NCBI GenBank assembly: GCA_965153455.1
Contig: OZ234493.1
Location: forward strand, 8,050,213 to 8,114,212
Direction of reading: 5' to 3'
Length of the DNA stretch: 64,000 bases
Origin: Sphagnum compactum
Lineage: Eukaryota
Part shown: piece by piece, positions 13,570-26,800 of the stretch
Layout of the letters: each line of letters opens with the position of its first letter
Position numbering within the stretch: position 1 is the stretch's first letter
The notes under the pieces: generated by a model
What the model was told of the DNA's origin: nothing
The model's database searches: none
What the model saw: only the letters and a program-made list of their open reading frames with translations
Position numbers and translations under genes: made by a program

Positions 13570-15390
13570 TATGTTAACATTAAATTACATGTAAATTTTA
13601 TTTGTATAAATGAATGGTTTTTTTTGGTACATATAAATATTAAACTCTAATTTCAAAATAAAGTTCTAAATTTTTTAAAATATATGTTAATACTAATTAA
13701 TGTTTATGTTAAATACACATGTAATTTATTATTTATATGTAGATCATTACAACATATCAAGTAATGATACATAATTAATAAGATTGTACAACTATAATGT
13801 TTATTCATTTTTATACACATGATATCTTAATATTTGTTTAAAATTATGATAAAAAATCATTAAACATTAATTTACCTTATGTCATTGGCCCAAGTTTGAA
13901 TGCATTCAATTGAATTTTCCTTCCAAACCTTTTTTTGCAATTTGTTTGAGTTTCCAACAACAATACGTACCCACCAAAAATTCAATAATATTGTTCACAT
14001 TTTAGGTGTCAAAATTACAAAATCAACTTTATTAAATCAAACTTGGCGAGGGTTTTCCAATGATATCAAGAATGCCCCGAATTTCCAATATAGTTTTCCA
14101 TCTTGGATTTTCAAAAAATTCAATGAAAAAATGGTTCAATAATCAATAGATTCCACACTATAGCTCCAAACATTCTAAACCAAGTAATTACGCCCCTATT
14201 CATTGAGAACTTTTTGATGATAAGTTCCATAACATAACCTAAGACACCATGGTTTGGGAGACATCATTATGATAAAACAATACAAACTACCTTCCTTCAT
14301 GGATAAATAAGGTAACATGTGTTGTTGGCCCCAAGTGTGAACACACTCAACTCATTTTCCCTTCTAAACCCAATTTGTTGTAATTTGTTTGAATTTTCAA
14401 CAACAAAATTCATTCAAAATTCAATATTTTCCACACCTTAAGTATGAAAATTATGAAGTAAATTTTATTAAATGTAATTCAGCGACTACTTTCCAACAAC
14501 ACCAAGTACACCTTTGGATTTGAGTAAAATTTCTATCTATGATTTTATTAATTTTTATTAAAAAAATGGCTCAATAATCAATAACCTTTGCATTGTAGAT
14601 CCAAAAAAATTCACCCATCAGTGCACCTTTATTCATTGTTAGGTTTTAAAAGATATCAGTAGGATTATATGAAGCAATTTGGTTTGGGAAATTTCAACAT
14701 GATAGAACAAAACAAAACAAACTATCTATCTTCATTAATAGATTAAATTACATGTAAATTTGTTTTTGTATAAAATGAATGGTTATGTATGATGCAAATT
14801 TCTTTTGTGCATAGAAATAATAAAATTTGATTGCAGGAAATTTAAGGAAATTCTGAAATATAAATTTGTAATAATGTGCATGTTCAATACACCTAATTAT
14901 TATTTATATGTAAATTGGATTTTAGTTTACAACATATCAAATAATGATACATAATTAATCTTTTTTGTGGAACTCCAATGTTTATTAATCTTTATAGACA
15001 TGATATCTCAATATTTGCTTTAAATTGCAATAAACATTCATTAAACATTAAACTACATGTAAATTCTATTTGTGCAAATGACTGTTTATGTATGATGGAA
15101 TCTTTTTTATGAATATAAATATTAAAATTTAATTTTAAAAGTAAAATTTAAGGAAATTCTTAAATATGAGTTTGTAATAATGTACGTTCAATATATGTAT
15201 TTTATTATTTCTTTGTAAATCAAATGTTAATGTACAACAAATCAAGTAATGATACATAATTCATAATTTTGTGGAACTTTAATGTTTATTCATTTTTATA
15301 TGTATGATGTCTTAATTTTTTTTTAATTACAATAAAAATTCCTTATTTATTAAGGTACATGTAAATGTTTTTTGTATACATGAATGAATA
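13570..15390. repeat. About 310-bp AT-rich tandem repeat, roughly 3 units, interrupted by an insertion
   Basis: Units begin (t)taaattacatgtaaatt at about 13580, 14743, 15048 and 15352, and share tacaacatatcaagtaatgatacataattaat. Confidence 0.8.
13867..14742 (-). mobile_element. Two head-to-tail Helitron-like copies (about 13867-14307 and 14308-14742)
   Basis: Two ~435-bp direct copies (ttggcccaagt(t/g)tgaa...). The minus-strand 5' end is A|TCTATTAATGAAG at 14742. Removing the block restores the host repeat junction taaaca|ttaaattacatg, i.e. an A-T target with no TSD. Confidence 0.65.
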
Positions 15391-15599
15391 CTTTGGTCAA
15401 ACCACTAAGCTGCTATTCTACAATTTTTATTCAACCTTCCTGCCATGGTTATGTTTATTATTGCATTAATTTTAAGCTTATCCCCCCATTTTTTATTATC
15501 TCGTCCTAATTCACTAAGCACCAAGCCCTGCTCCTCTAGCTTGCTCCACTTAGTTGTTTGTTTCATCAGGTTGTTGCAACTCGCATTCCTTTTTTGAAA

Positions 15600-17520
15600 T
15601 TGCATGAAATTTATCTTATGCTTCTTTGATTGTTATAGATGCCCAAGCTACAATGAAGGTAGCTCATTATTGTCTTGTAAGTTCCCTTTTAGCTTCATGT
15701 TTTGTCACAATTGTTGTTGTTGTCGTCTTTTTAGCTTGCTTGTCTTACTTTTTTTCCTTTTTTTTTCTCTAATTAGTTCTATTGCCTCCCTATCCATTAC
15801 CTTTTGCCACATAATGGTTAAGTATTCTTTTGAAGTCACAACATGACTTTGCGAATAATCAATTAACGGTTCTTTTCCATTGGTCTTTCTTGCATGGAAA
15901 TGTGGTAATGACAACACGTTGTTGCCTGCCAATGCTCTTTAGATTTATGGGATTTTGCATTCTACTCCCACGTCTGTTTAAGACTATTCCAAGGTTTCAA
16001 CCAAATTTTTTTGTTAGAAAGACATATTAAGGGTTAATGATTATAGAAACTATAGGCATGTCCACATAATACCTAGGCTAATTTTGAGCCACATTGTTAG
16101 GCATAAATTCATGAGTTGTAGGTTTTGTTGTTGAAGCTATGTTGATCAACTCTTCTGTAACATTATGTTCTGCCCATTCCATCTCCCCGTCCTCCTCTTG
16201 ATTTGATTGATAATCATCATCTTGTTCTTATTTAGTTTGATTCACTATTTTATATAAACTACTATGTTTTGTTCTCTCATCCATTGCTTTAGGGTCCAAC
16301 AACTAAATCCATGTACTTTTGAACCTTGAGATGATATATATTTTTTAGAGTGCTTAGTTTAGTGCTTTGTTCACCCATCCTACTAAAACCATCTTGGCTA
16401 GTCAATGTAATTCCTATTGATCATTCTTTTGTTTATTTCCTTTCTGAAAGCAATCTTGAAAGGTTTGAAGCAAGTTATGTCCAAAGGCTACGGTGCATGG
16501 GATGTATGTGAAGGTAAGGTAACCATATCTAGCCCAAATGGTTGTGCTTGCTCAATGCCTCAAAGGTGACATGGGATCCATGGCCATCGAAGATGAGCAT
16601 ATGTTTATTTGTTAGAGAAATACCATCTGGTATTGATCTATAGAAGAAAGAGAATAATTCTTTGAAAAGAAATACAGTCATCCATGCTTTTGATTGCATA
16701 GCCATATAGGTCCCTAGTTTGCAAAATTGAATGTAGTCATTTCGTATCTTCTCTCCTTTGAAAATGTAAAACCATGGCAATGTTATCCCAATTACATTAA
16801 CAACATAGTTAATAGTCAACCATTCCCTATGTTTGGGAATGGTGTTATACACTTGTTGAAAACCTTGTCCTACTAAAACCCTAGCTCTCGCCTGTCTTCC
16901 TTCTTGTATGCATGTTTCATGTGCTTGTTGTACAGGGATTGCATGTTTTGGTAAAAAGTCTGGCATGGTTGGATATCAATCCTTGAGCTCTACTAATATC
17001 TAGTCTTTCAGCTTAACGAATGTTAAGCTTAAGATGTTTGCACTTAAACTAGTACCACCAAGACATCCTTAGTACTTTTCCGTGGAAAGGTGTTGGCCTT
17101 GTTTGGGTAAGTTCTGCCACTTTCATCTTCAATTGTTATAGGCTTATTGACAACCCAACATCCTGCATAGCCAAAACCTAAAAAACCACCACTTGATGTC
17201 CTTATACTATTAATACACCTGCTAGTTTTACTTTTTTGGAAAAAAAATTTCCGTGCAAATGATCAAACGTCAATGGTATGTTCCAGTGCCTACTTGTTTT
17301 CCTTAATGAAGTTGTCCCTCTCTCAACTGCATGGCCTCCTCCAATGCCCGGGTGCTCCGTTTGCCTCTAGTGTTGATAGGATTGGATTTGTTGACTATTT
17401 GTTGTTTTGTTGTTAGTTCTTGTGATCCAAAATATGGTGGGACATTCTCCTTGTCCTGGCTAGGTTGGTCATCCAATCCATTTTGCGTCTTACAAAACAC
17501 ATTCAACAACATGATGATTG
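15600..17520 (-). mobile_element. pogo/Fot1-type (Tc1-mariner superfamily) DDE transposase pseudogene
   Basis: HTH_psq-like RGKxSTRALEEAM..VERGTTSLRKTSRHWNIP at about 17280-17370, and a DDE_1-like region REWLTINYVVN..GITLPWFYIFKG...AMQSKAWMT...HMLIFDGHGSHVT in ORF 16529-16966. Frameshifts and stops. Confidence 0.85.
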
Positions 17521-19208
17521 AAAGCCTTCAGGCCCTAACTTCCAGAAAGTTGGGGGTGTTTGGTTTGGCCTTACAAGAGGTATAAAACCAACATTGGCCA
17601 AGTATGTGTTTTTGGATTGAATCCATGTTCGGATTAAGTTCAACTTTAGGTTGTTTAGTTAGATTAGATTCTTTTTGTGGCAAAAAGGACACCCAAAAGT
17701 GATGTTGTTAAATGCCAACATGGATGTTGTAATGAATTGGGTAATGGCAATGGTGGAGTGATGTTATTAAGTGCCAACATGGGTGTTGTTTTGATTATTG
17801 GGCAAAGAAAACATGGATTTTAGAATTATATAATCATTTCAGCAATGTAGGAGATGCAATTTAGACTACAAACATGAACCATGTATGAGGTGCTTCCCTA
17901 ACTTTTCACACTTAAACCTGCCTTTGAACTGGACCTGGGGGTTTTGAAAAAATGAAAACCTTGTCAAACTTGGAACTATCATTATCAAAGAATGAATCTA
18001 GATCTGGAACCAATGGGTTTTAATTTTTAAGTATGTTCTTTAAAATCAAAACTAATTGTTCTGAAATTTCAAAAAAGAAGAAGACTAAACCTAATGGTTC
18101 TACTAAAATCTAAAAATTGGCCAACATTGGTACAAACTTAAATCTTTTGTGTTTTGACTAGTTTTGAAGAAAATGTGAAAGATCATGGTAAGTGTGAAAT
18201 GCATGGCCTTTAGTTGTTTGGAACTTGTGATCAATGCATAAAACTCTTCAAAGTCTAACCATACTAAATTTTGATTAGTTGTTTTTGTGCAAGTAGTAGG
18301 TGTGTATAACAAATTACGACTTCTTGGAGCTTGAAGAAATCTACCTTTCTTATGGCTACCTATACCATATCTAGGAATTACAAAACTTTGTATCTATTGA
18401 TAGTACAAAAACTTTTGAATTTTTTATTGCAAAATTCATCTATTGCAACCCTTTTTAGATGCCCCCTTACATCCACCCTTGAATCTTGGTTTTCTCTTTC
18501 TTATTTGACAACATTAGGATTTGATTATTGATGATCATGCTCTTGTAGCTCCACTTTGGCTAGCCTAGTGTGTGCAACTTTTTGATCTAGCTCTAAAAGC
18601 TTTTCTTTGGCTATTCTTAGTTACAGAGTTTGTTCTTGTTGATCTACTAGGACTTATGTTTCTGATTTATAATTTTCTAATCCTTTTATGTTTCTTGGCC
18701 TCTGTTGATCTAGCCCATATGCTCTCAAAACCTTTACGAATGACTTGAGGCTAGCTTTCTGACAAATTGGAAGCTTTGACATACTATTTGAGTTTTGCTT
18801 GTATTTTTGTAAGAATGAATTATGTATGTAGATTTGAAACACTACTTTGTGAATTGAGTGGTTATAGTTTTTGGTGGGAATGGGATGTGCACAAAATTGG
18901 GGGGAAATTATAAAGGTTTCTCCAATTTATGTAAAGGATTTGAATATCCCTTGGAATCTTGTAAACCCTAATCCTTGTATATGGTCACTTGTGTGTTATT
19001 TAGCATGACTTGCAGACCTCATCACTAAACTTCTTCTCCTTGTATTGTTTAGTCCAATTGTTTATCATCAAGCTTTTATTTCCACACCAAACATGGGGCC
19101 CTTGCAAAACTGGCCCAATTTTTCCCTTTAACCAAACATTGAAAAGATTTCATGTTTCCCCTTTCCTTAGAAACCATAATAATTGAAATAGGTAGCAAAA
19201 ATTAGTTT

Positions 19209-19331
19209 ATGACACGATTTGTATGGAAAGGCCCTTTTGTAGATGCTTGCTTGTTCAAGCAGAAAAAGATCAAGTGGAAAATTTGGTCACATAGATCTTG
19301 TATTTTGCCTCAATTTGTTGGTTGCTACGCA
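19209..19331 (+). pseudogene. rps19: Mitochondrial rps19 5' fragment (NUMT)
   Basis: [41 protein letters not shown] matches the N-terminus of organellar S19 (RSxWKGPFVD...IWSRRSxILPxFVG). Similarity ends after about 41 codons. Confidence 0.85.
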
Positions 19332-20266
19332 GCTCTACTACGCCCTTATATTAATAAATCTATGTTTCATTTTTATTACTACATCACTAAGTAAGACCTA
19401 ATAACTTATTTATTTGCAGAGATACATCTATTTCTTGTAAATTGGAGGATTAGGTGACATTCAACTAATCACCCATCACCAAACGGGTCCCTTGTAAATT
19501 TATTCAAACCTTTTACAAACATGGCCACCAAAATCCCTAATATCAAACATTAAAACTTGATGGGCAGTTAGCAATATGAAAAACTTAGAACAAAATTATT
19601 TTGAACCAAACGTTTGGTGATAGGCTAAAAGGCGAACAATGCCCATAAGAACTATTATGTTTTAACATAGGTCCATTGTCGCACTAGATGGATGTTCGAT
19701 GATTGGCTTGTGTTTGGTGATGGGTCTTTTTACCTTATACCATTTCATATCATGTGATATATATGTTCAACTACCAAATTCATCATGTGAGTTTGCCCAA
19801 GTTTATTATTATGAACATGATTGTGGGTGATGTTTACAAAACCAAAATTATTGTAATTTAACTACAAGCTTTCACATGGAACGCAAGTTATACATATTGC
19901 CAATCTTGTCTTCATATTTATGCATCTCACAACATTTTAAACGTTTCGATTGCTACCCTTATTGATTGCTCCCATTATTAGGTTATATGAATCTTGACCT
20001 TTAAAGCTTTCTTTTCTAATTTCAAAAGCACGTTGGGGTTTGGGGGGAGGGGGGGGTCCAATCTAGAACAAGGAGAGATCGGGACCTCGTTTGGGACCTG
20101 GTCTGAGCATGTTGGGGTTGAGGGGGGGGGGGAGCATCTTGTGGCGCTAGGGATTTGGAGGAGTGAGAAGAGGAGGAGCAGGAAGAGGCCGGGTGCGTTT
20201 TGGTAGTTAGGGTTTTGGAGGTAGTTGGGGTTAGGAGGAGAGAGTTGGAACCGGAGGAGTCTTCCG

Positions 20267-23200
20267 ATGGTGGGGAGCACGAAATATGAGATTGCACAGA
20301 CGGCGTACGTGAAGCTAGTGCTTCATGCACTAAAGCACAAGACGAGTGCAGTGAATGGGGTATTAATTGGGCGAGTCATTGGAGCAGCAGCAGCAGGAAT
20401 AGAAGCAGGCACTGCTGGCGCCGCATCTTCAGGTGGCAAGGAAAGTGGGGGAGGGAATGTTACTATTGAGATTCTCGACTCTGTTCCTTTTTTCCATTCT
20501 CATCTGGGCATCCTTCCGATGCTGGAGCTTGCTCTCATTCAGGTTTTGTTTATTTTCCATCTCTTTTCCTGCCTACGTAGGTTATTCTATCACAGATTGT
20601 AACTCTACTCATTTGTTGTGTTACCTCCAAGATGTTGTTCAGATTGTCTCTGGCAAATGGCATATATATGTTATGATAGATACTCTCCAGGCAGTAAAAG
20701 ATATGTGGATGTCTTTACACTCTAGGGAGTCAGGTAGGGTTCCTCTGTGATCCATCACTCTGGTACTTCTTCCACAGGTGGATGAGTATTTTGCATCACT
20801 CAAGAGTGGCTTATCAATTGTCGGATATTACCATGCAAATGAATTCTTTGATGATTATGAGCTGAGCTCCATTGCCCGCAAGATTGGTGACCATATCGCT
20901 CGTTACTGCCCCCAAGCAGGCATCCTTCTGGTAAAAAAATGCACTTCCCTCCTTGATTATCCAGAACCATGCAAAAGTTGGATATCTTTGGTAGCCTTGT
21001 CTTTTGAATTACTATGGTTCTAGGTCGTGGATTTTTTTTGGGAGGAGGGTTTCAGGAGATCCTGTCACAACTGTGCCTCTAAGTTTTTTTGTGCCGGGTC
21101 TTGCTCAAGCTGTTTCAAATACATACTTGGTATACTGGGGTACTCAAAAAAAGGGAAAAAAAGACGTTAAGAATAACTGTTTTTTGTGAACCACGGAAGG
21201 ACATAATGAAGCTACAGCACAATGGATGTTTTCTGAACCTGTGTAATATGTGGCAGCTGGACAACAGACAACTTGGTGCACTTTCGAAGGGAGGCACCAA
21301 GAAGCCAGTGGTTCAGGTTAGTTTAGACCTTGCAATTCCTCCAATGCAGGTTCTACTCACCACTTTGCACAATGAAATTTTGGCTATCTTCCATACCTTG
21401 TAGTCTGGCAGTCATGGCTTTGAGGACTGTAAAAAACTCACTCTAATGTAGGAACCACTCACAGCCACTTCACCCATCATTACACCTAAGGACCTCACTG
21501 TGTTTTCTCAACTTGCCATCAGTATGAATGCCAAAGGACCATTCTGTCCACAAGAAAATGGAGCATTTTGATGTGTTAGAGAAAAGACTGATGGAGAAAA
21601 GGAGACTATGTACTCATGGAGACTAGACAAAGACCCAATTTTCTCTTACAATCTGAGGTTAGCTACTGACATTAATGAAGAAACATAGATATGGGTAGAC
21701 TGACTGTGCCAAACATCTTCGAATTGACAACTTGGTGTTCTTAAAAGATATTTTCAGGGTGATGGAAGCCCAACCACTACCCCCTATGTAGGCCTCTCTA
21801 TGCCTTAGGCTTGGATGCTTCTTTGTGCAGCAACAAGGTAAAATAAAATAAAGCTTACCTTCACAAGCTTGTTGCAGCTTGAATCATGATACTGTTAATT
21901 TTTTCATTAGCTACTCTCGAGTCCTGACTGAGTCTTCCAATTGCTACTGGAAATGTGACGGAAACTCTGGATGCATATGTGTTTAATGGTTTACAAAAAA
22001 ATTGTGCAGATTATTAAATACTTATCTACACCTGCCCTGTTGTGCTTCAAAGATTATTCCAAGTTCATAGGTTTGTGGATGACCTTTTTGTCCCAGACTT
22101 TGTGGACTTTAAGAGTTTTATATACTTGGACAAAGACTCTCTTGGTGGTGGCATATATCCTAAAATGTTGTGAGTTAAATTGTACTTCTAATGGTTTCTC
22201 TTGTAACTTCTTGGATTTAGGCATTAACCAGAGTCCTAGAGTTCTTTGGTGTGATATTTTTGATAAAATTTACTCAACCAGAGTATGCAGTTATTGACAT
22301 GATGTGTATGCCTCATGCTCATTCCAACATCACTCTATTGTTATTAAGTTGGACATTGTCAATAGTCAGTTCTACAGGTTCTTGAGCCTTTGAAGTTCTA
22401 AAGTTTTCTCAGATTATCAGTCTTATTGTCCTTCTGAAGAATAAAGTCTACTGTCTACAGATAGTCTTATAGAAAACAAAAGATTTGCTCAATAAAGAGA
22501 GATCTACTTTTGGAATTTCATCTTTTGGAGATCTCTGGAGGATTTCATACAGAGTCTTGTAAGTTGAGAGCTTTTTGATGCCTACTTGGTCTTCATTCAT
22601 CTTTTGCCTTTTGTCTGCTGTATTCTGTTCTTTCTTCCTCATTTGCCTCATTTTTGTCTTTTGTTTTCCCCATCTGTGTCTTCCCCTCTTTGGTGCAAGG
22701 CTGAGTGTTCCTGTTGCTTCTGGAGTTGTGACAGAAACTTGGTACACAGGCTAGTGGTTACACTGGCCTATAGCCACAGTAGGGAGCTAATGAAGTCAGT
22801 GGGTAAGTTGTGATAGAAAAGTTGCTATCATGCATGTTACTGTTGATGGTCATGGAACTAGGGAGAAAATGTGACTGCTGTTCATAGGTTAGTTTTATAT
22901 TTTAAGTTTGAGCTAGTTTTTCCCTTTGGTGTATCTCTTCTTCCCTGTTCTTTAATCCTTATTTGGAGTTTTTCTAACTTAGAAGGAAAGGTTTTTCACC
23001 TGGTTCTGATCACCTTTAATGATGAGTATGGGGGTTTCTTGATACTTATGAGAGTTATTGTCTATACCCCACCATCAGGAACTGATGGAGTCAATGAAGA
23101 GCCATGGCAGCTCTTCACTGCTATTCATGATGAATGAGACGTCTGAAACTTTGTGAGTGATACTCCTAAAGTCATGACTGCACTCATTCCCTTCTTCTTA

Positions 23201-23850
23201 GTTTTGGTTTTGCTGGTTACCTTTAAAGTGTTGTTGTGGAGTTTCTCTGCAATCTTGTGAATAATGCCCACTTGGAGTAGTTCTTGTAGTTGGACACCAT
23301 GATTGTGGGATAGCTGTCACTTTGGTGATTTGCCTGCTGTACCTTATGTCAGCATGAAATCAATGTCACCTGGAAGTCATCTCAAAAGGACTCATTTTGA
23401 AGGGTGCAGTGCTTGGTTTTTGCTTCCAATGAGTGAATTTCTCACGAGTGGAACTGTTATGGGGGAGTAATGCAGTTGTATGTGCGGGAGGCAGTGCGCG
23501 GTTGGCGGCAATCAGGACCTGGAGGTGTACAGAGTGCTGATTTGGTATTAAAGGAGGCCACAGCCAACAGTATTTTAACTGACTACATCTCTGAGCATCG
23601 GGAGCAGTTGGTTGTGGATTTTGATGAGCACTTGGACGATATCTCCAAGTAAGACAATTGGCAGACCTTCCATGTAGTTGTCATTAGTCAGAGATATAGG
23701 AGCGCAAATTGTGTGTCATTCACTTCCAGGATGGCAAAATGAGTAGCTGATTGAATGTCTTGATGTTGAGAAGGATACAAGACATGAAGCTCAAGAACTC
23801 TGGTGACATTTTTGTGCAGGGATTGGCTAAACACGAGCCTCTTCAACTGA
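20267..23850 (+). CDS. EMC8/9: ER membrane protein complex subunit 8/9 homolog (UPF0172/MPN-like), 230 aa
   Basis: Exons 20267-20542, 20778-20930, 21257-21316, 23476-23648, 23820-23850; all GT-AG and phase-consistent (693 nt). Motifs YEIAQTAYVKLVLHALKH..AVNGVLIG, DSVPFFH, IVGYYHANE, LVVDFDEHLDDISKDWLN. Confidence 0.95.
21940..22845 (+). mobile_element. Penelope-like retroelement (Naiad/Chlamys-type) RT C-terminal fragment in EMC8/9 intron 3
   Basis: Frameshifted translation HRFVDDLF...GGIYPK..ELNCTS....CNFLDL.I......DIFDK...MPHAHSNI...IVNSQFYRFL...LKNKVY, followed by a pyrimidine-rich 3' region. A homologous copy lies at 62975-63410 (-). Confidence 0.7.
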
Positions 23851-26800
23851 GTCTGGGAAAGTTCTTATGTCAGGTTGCCATAGGAGTTCAACATTTTTGA
23901 AGTGTGCAAATTTTCTCTGTCTGAGTAAATGCATGGAGTGTTACACAGGTTTCAGGTGGCTCCATTTTGGCACACTCAAAAATCTGTTGTGTAACTTCTG
24001 GACTTTGGTGGATCAACAGTATTTTGGGAGCCTTATGTCTCTAGTGAAAGAACTTAGTATTCAGGCAGTGATATCCACTAAGGCATGTTGCTTCATGAGC
24101 TAACTTGTGCTCTTAGCAATCAACACTCAAACATGGAATGACCCCTAGTAGGGCTATTTCATGCATTTGTCAGATGGGCCTGGCTATTCTATATCCTTGG
24201 AAACCCAGTAATGGTGTAGGTGCTGGGTGCTTTTGCACAGGAGTGTGTTCAATCCTGTAGTCTCTTTGTGTTCATTATTGTGCCACATGTACTAATGGCA
24301 GCAGAGCATCACACTTTAGGTTTTTCAAATTCCATGCTTATGTATATTACTGCTGACTTTGACATTCTTTTGAGGCCTAGAGTAATTGAACTCTATTATA
24401 GAGGAAAATAGTTTAGAGGGTCTTTCCTTAATGCATATGGCTCTTGGGTAAGTTTTGGAGGGAGATCTGAATAAGTTTGTCCTGTGGGGAATTCTGTCAA
24501 CATTTCTTTCCATGCTATTGGATCCATCTCGGGTTTGCTCTCTGTTGGTTACACAACTGTGTGCATTTTCCAGCTCTGGGGCCTCTTCCTGAAAAGAACA
24601 AATTACATTCTAAACTGCAACCAGTTTATTGAAGAGGGAAGTTCTCATATGGTTAAAGAATGTAACTGCTGGCCATTGAAAGAGCTGCTTGGGGTGGAAC
24701 TTTTGCTAACAGGGAGTGAGGGAAGCTGCTTCTGCAGTTGCCAGATTAAGAATGGATTGTCTTGATGATATGCATGGATAATCTTGGTGTCAAGATGATG
24801 TGATTTTGGGGACCCCTATATGTTTTCAGATCAATGCTATTGTTCATTGCTTTTCCCCCACAGTATGATGTTTGGTGGTGGTGCCTGTGGAAGCCTGTGA
24901 TTGATTTGTGTGTTTGTTTGTGTGCAAGTGTGGACAGCTTGTTGTTGACCCTGAGAAAATTAATCACAGTGATCGCTGTCTTATGTACTTTCCTGTTTTT
25001 CCATTTTGCTGAAGTTTTCTAGTTGAATGTTTGCAATCAGGTCCTGTACTGTGTGGAGGTAAGAGCTTCTTTATGGGTTGAGGCCAAAATAGAAGCTTGA
25101 GGGATGGAAGGGTGTGATATATGTTCAAATGGGCTTTGGGTCCTGGTGCTGTTGGAGGTGGTGGCACAAGGACATTAGGAGGTGCAGAGTACAAGAGGAA
25201 AAGTAAAAAATATGGGCTGATGGTAGTGTCTGGTGCTAGTAGAAGTTGATGCTTCAGCTATCACTGTGATCACAGATGAAGCTTTTGCGGGTGCAACATT
25301 GGACTGGTGGCAGTCAGACAAGTGTGACTATGTCACTTGCAGCTGGGCTAAAGACACCTTACTCAACATTGTAAAGCTCCAAATCCTCTATAACTTCCAG
25401 ACTCAAAGCCTTTTCAGTTGCAATGTTGATTGAATAGTTGCAAGGAGTTCTTGCAACTGAGTTTTCACCATTTTCATTAAATTTGTTGCCACCAAGCTTT
25501 TCTTGTTTGCAAATAATAATACATACAATTAGGGGGATTAATCAATACTCTGCATTTAACTAGTTCTGTTACTAGGTCCCATTGTGTATGTCAATTGTTA
25601 ATTTTGAACATCCTTTATGTCATTGATATTGAACAGATCCATTAAGAGGATTTTTCTTTGGTTTTTGGGTGACCACTACTTTTTAATACAGAAGTCACTT
25701 GGGCTCCATGCTGCTACGAACTACCAGTGACAGTAAAATGATGAAAAAATATTGGAAATTAGGTTCCATGTGAATGTAAATATTGACTGAATTGAATTCA
25801 AATTGAATTAATTTTTAATTCAAATTAAATTGAGTTTAGATTCAATTGAATTCAATTTTAATTTGATTCAATTCGAGTCAATTGAAGTGAAATGAGATGC
25901 AAATTAATGTACAAAGTGTTGCAAATTTGCTCTTCATTTTCATCATTTGTGAGTATGGTGTTTTAAAACAACACAATTTAAAGACAGAGATTTGAAAAAT
26001 GCAACTTTGCATTTCATAAGAGTAGATTCTAAATAAAATCTATTTTGATACAGTGAAATAATATAAGACTTTATAGTTGTCACACCTAAACCAGTTTTGA
26101 TATAATGTAACTAGAATTAATCCATAAGTGTTGTTGGGTAATGATAAATATTTCATCCAATAGTTCTATAAGTAATGTAAGTAGGTGCTATTTGGAAGCA
26201 GTTTGAGGATAAATTTGTTGGCCACCCATATACATAGTTGAATGGATGGTTCTTTTTCCTGCAATGATCCTCCATTCTATTGTTGCACTTCACCATTCAT
26301 CAAATGGCTCCCAATATTATTGGGCAAGCCATGATTTATGTCCATTGACATGGTCAATTGCTTTGATTGGGTTTCAAATGTTTAAAGACAAACTCTTCCT
26401 CACAATGGTCTTTTAGGTGTTGTGCCATTTTGGAAGACTTTATTTCCTTGAACGCTTCCAAGAGGTTGGAACTTAGAGCTTGCCTACCATGTTCATAGAT
26501 TTCATTTGGGTGGTGGATTTCTAAAGTGTTGCTATAAAACGCAATCAAGTGCTGATAACTTCAAGTTAGATGATCTTGTTGCACCACCCACAACAACTTT
26601 CGATTCGTTTTGAAGTGTGGGAAACTTGTTTAGCTAATCCAATTGAACATCTCTTGCTATATATATCCCATGATGATGCACCACTTGCAATATGTATCTT
26701 TATTCACTAGTTGATTTGAGATTTTTTGGGGCTTTTTTTTTTTTGGGTGAATTGCTAGCCTCCATTTGCTTGACCATTTCCTTTAGCTCTTGAGTCCTTG

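Noticed and set aside
12146-17900. tagggaag / cttcccta as TIRs of the pogo element
   Set aside because: Only 8 bp match and the flanks do not extend, so boundaries cannot be supported.
24960-25400. Pro-rich minus-strand ORF
   Set aside because: Low complexity, interrupted, and no splice structure or family motif.
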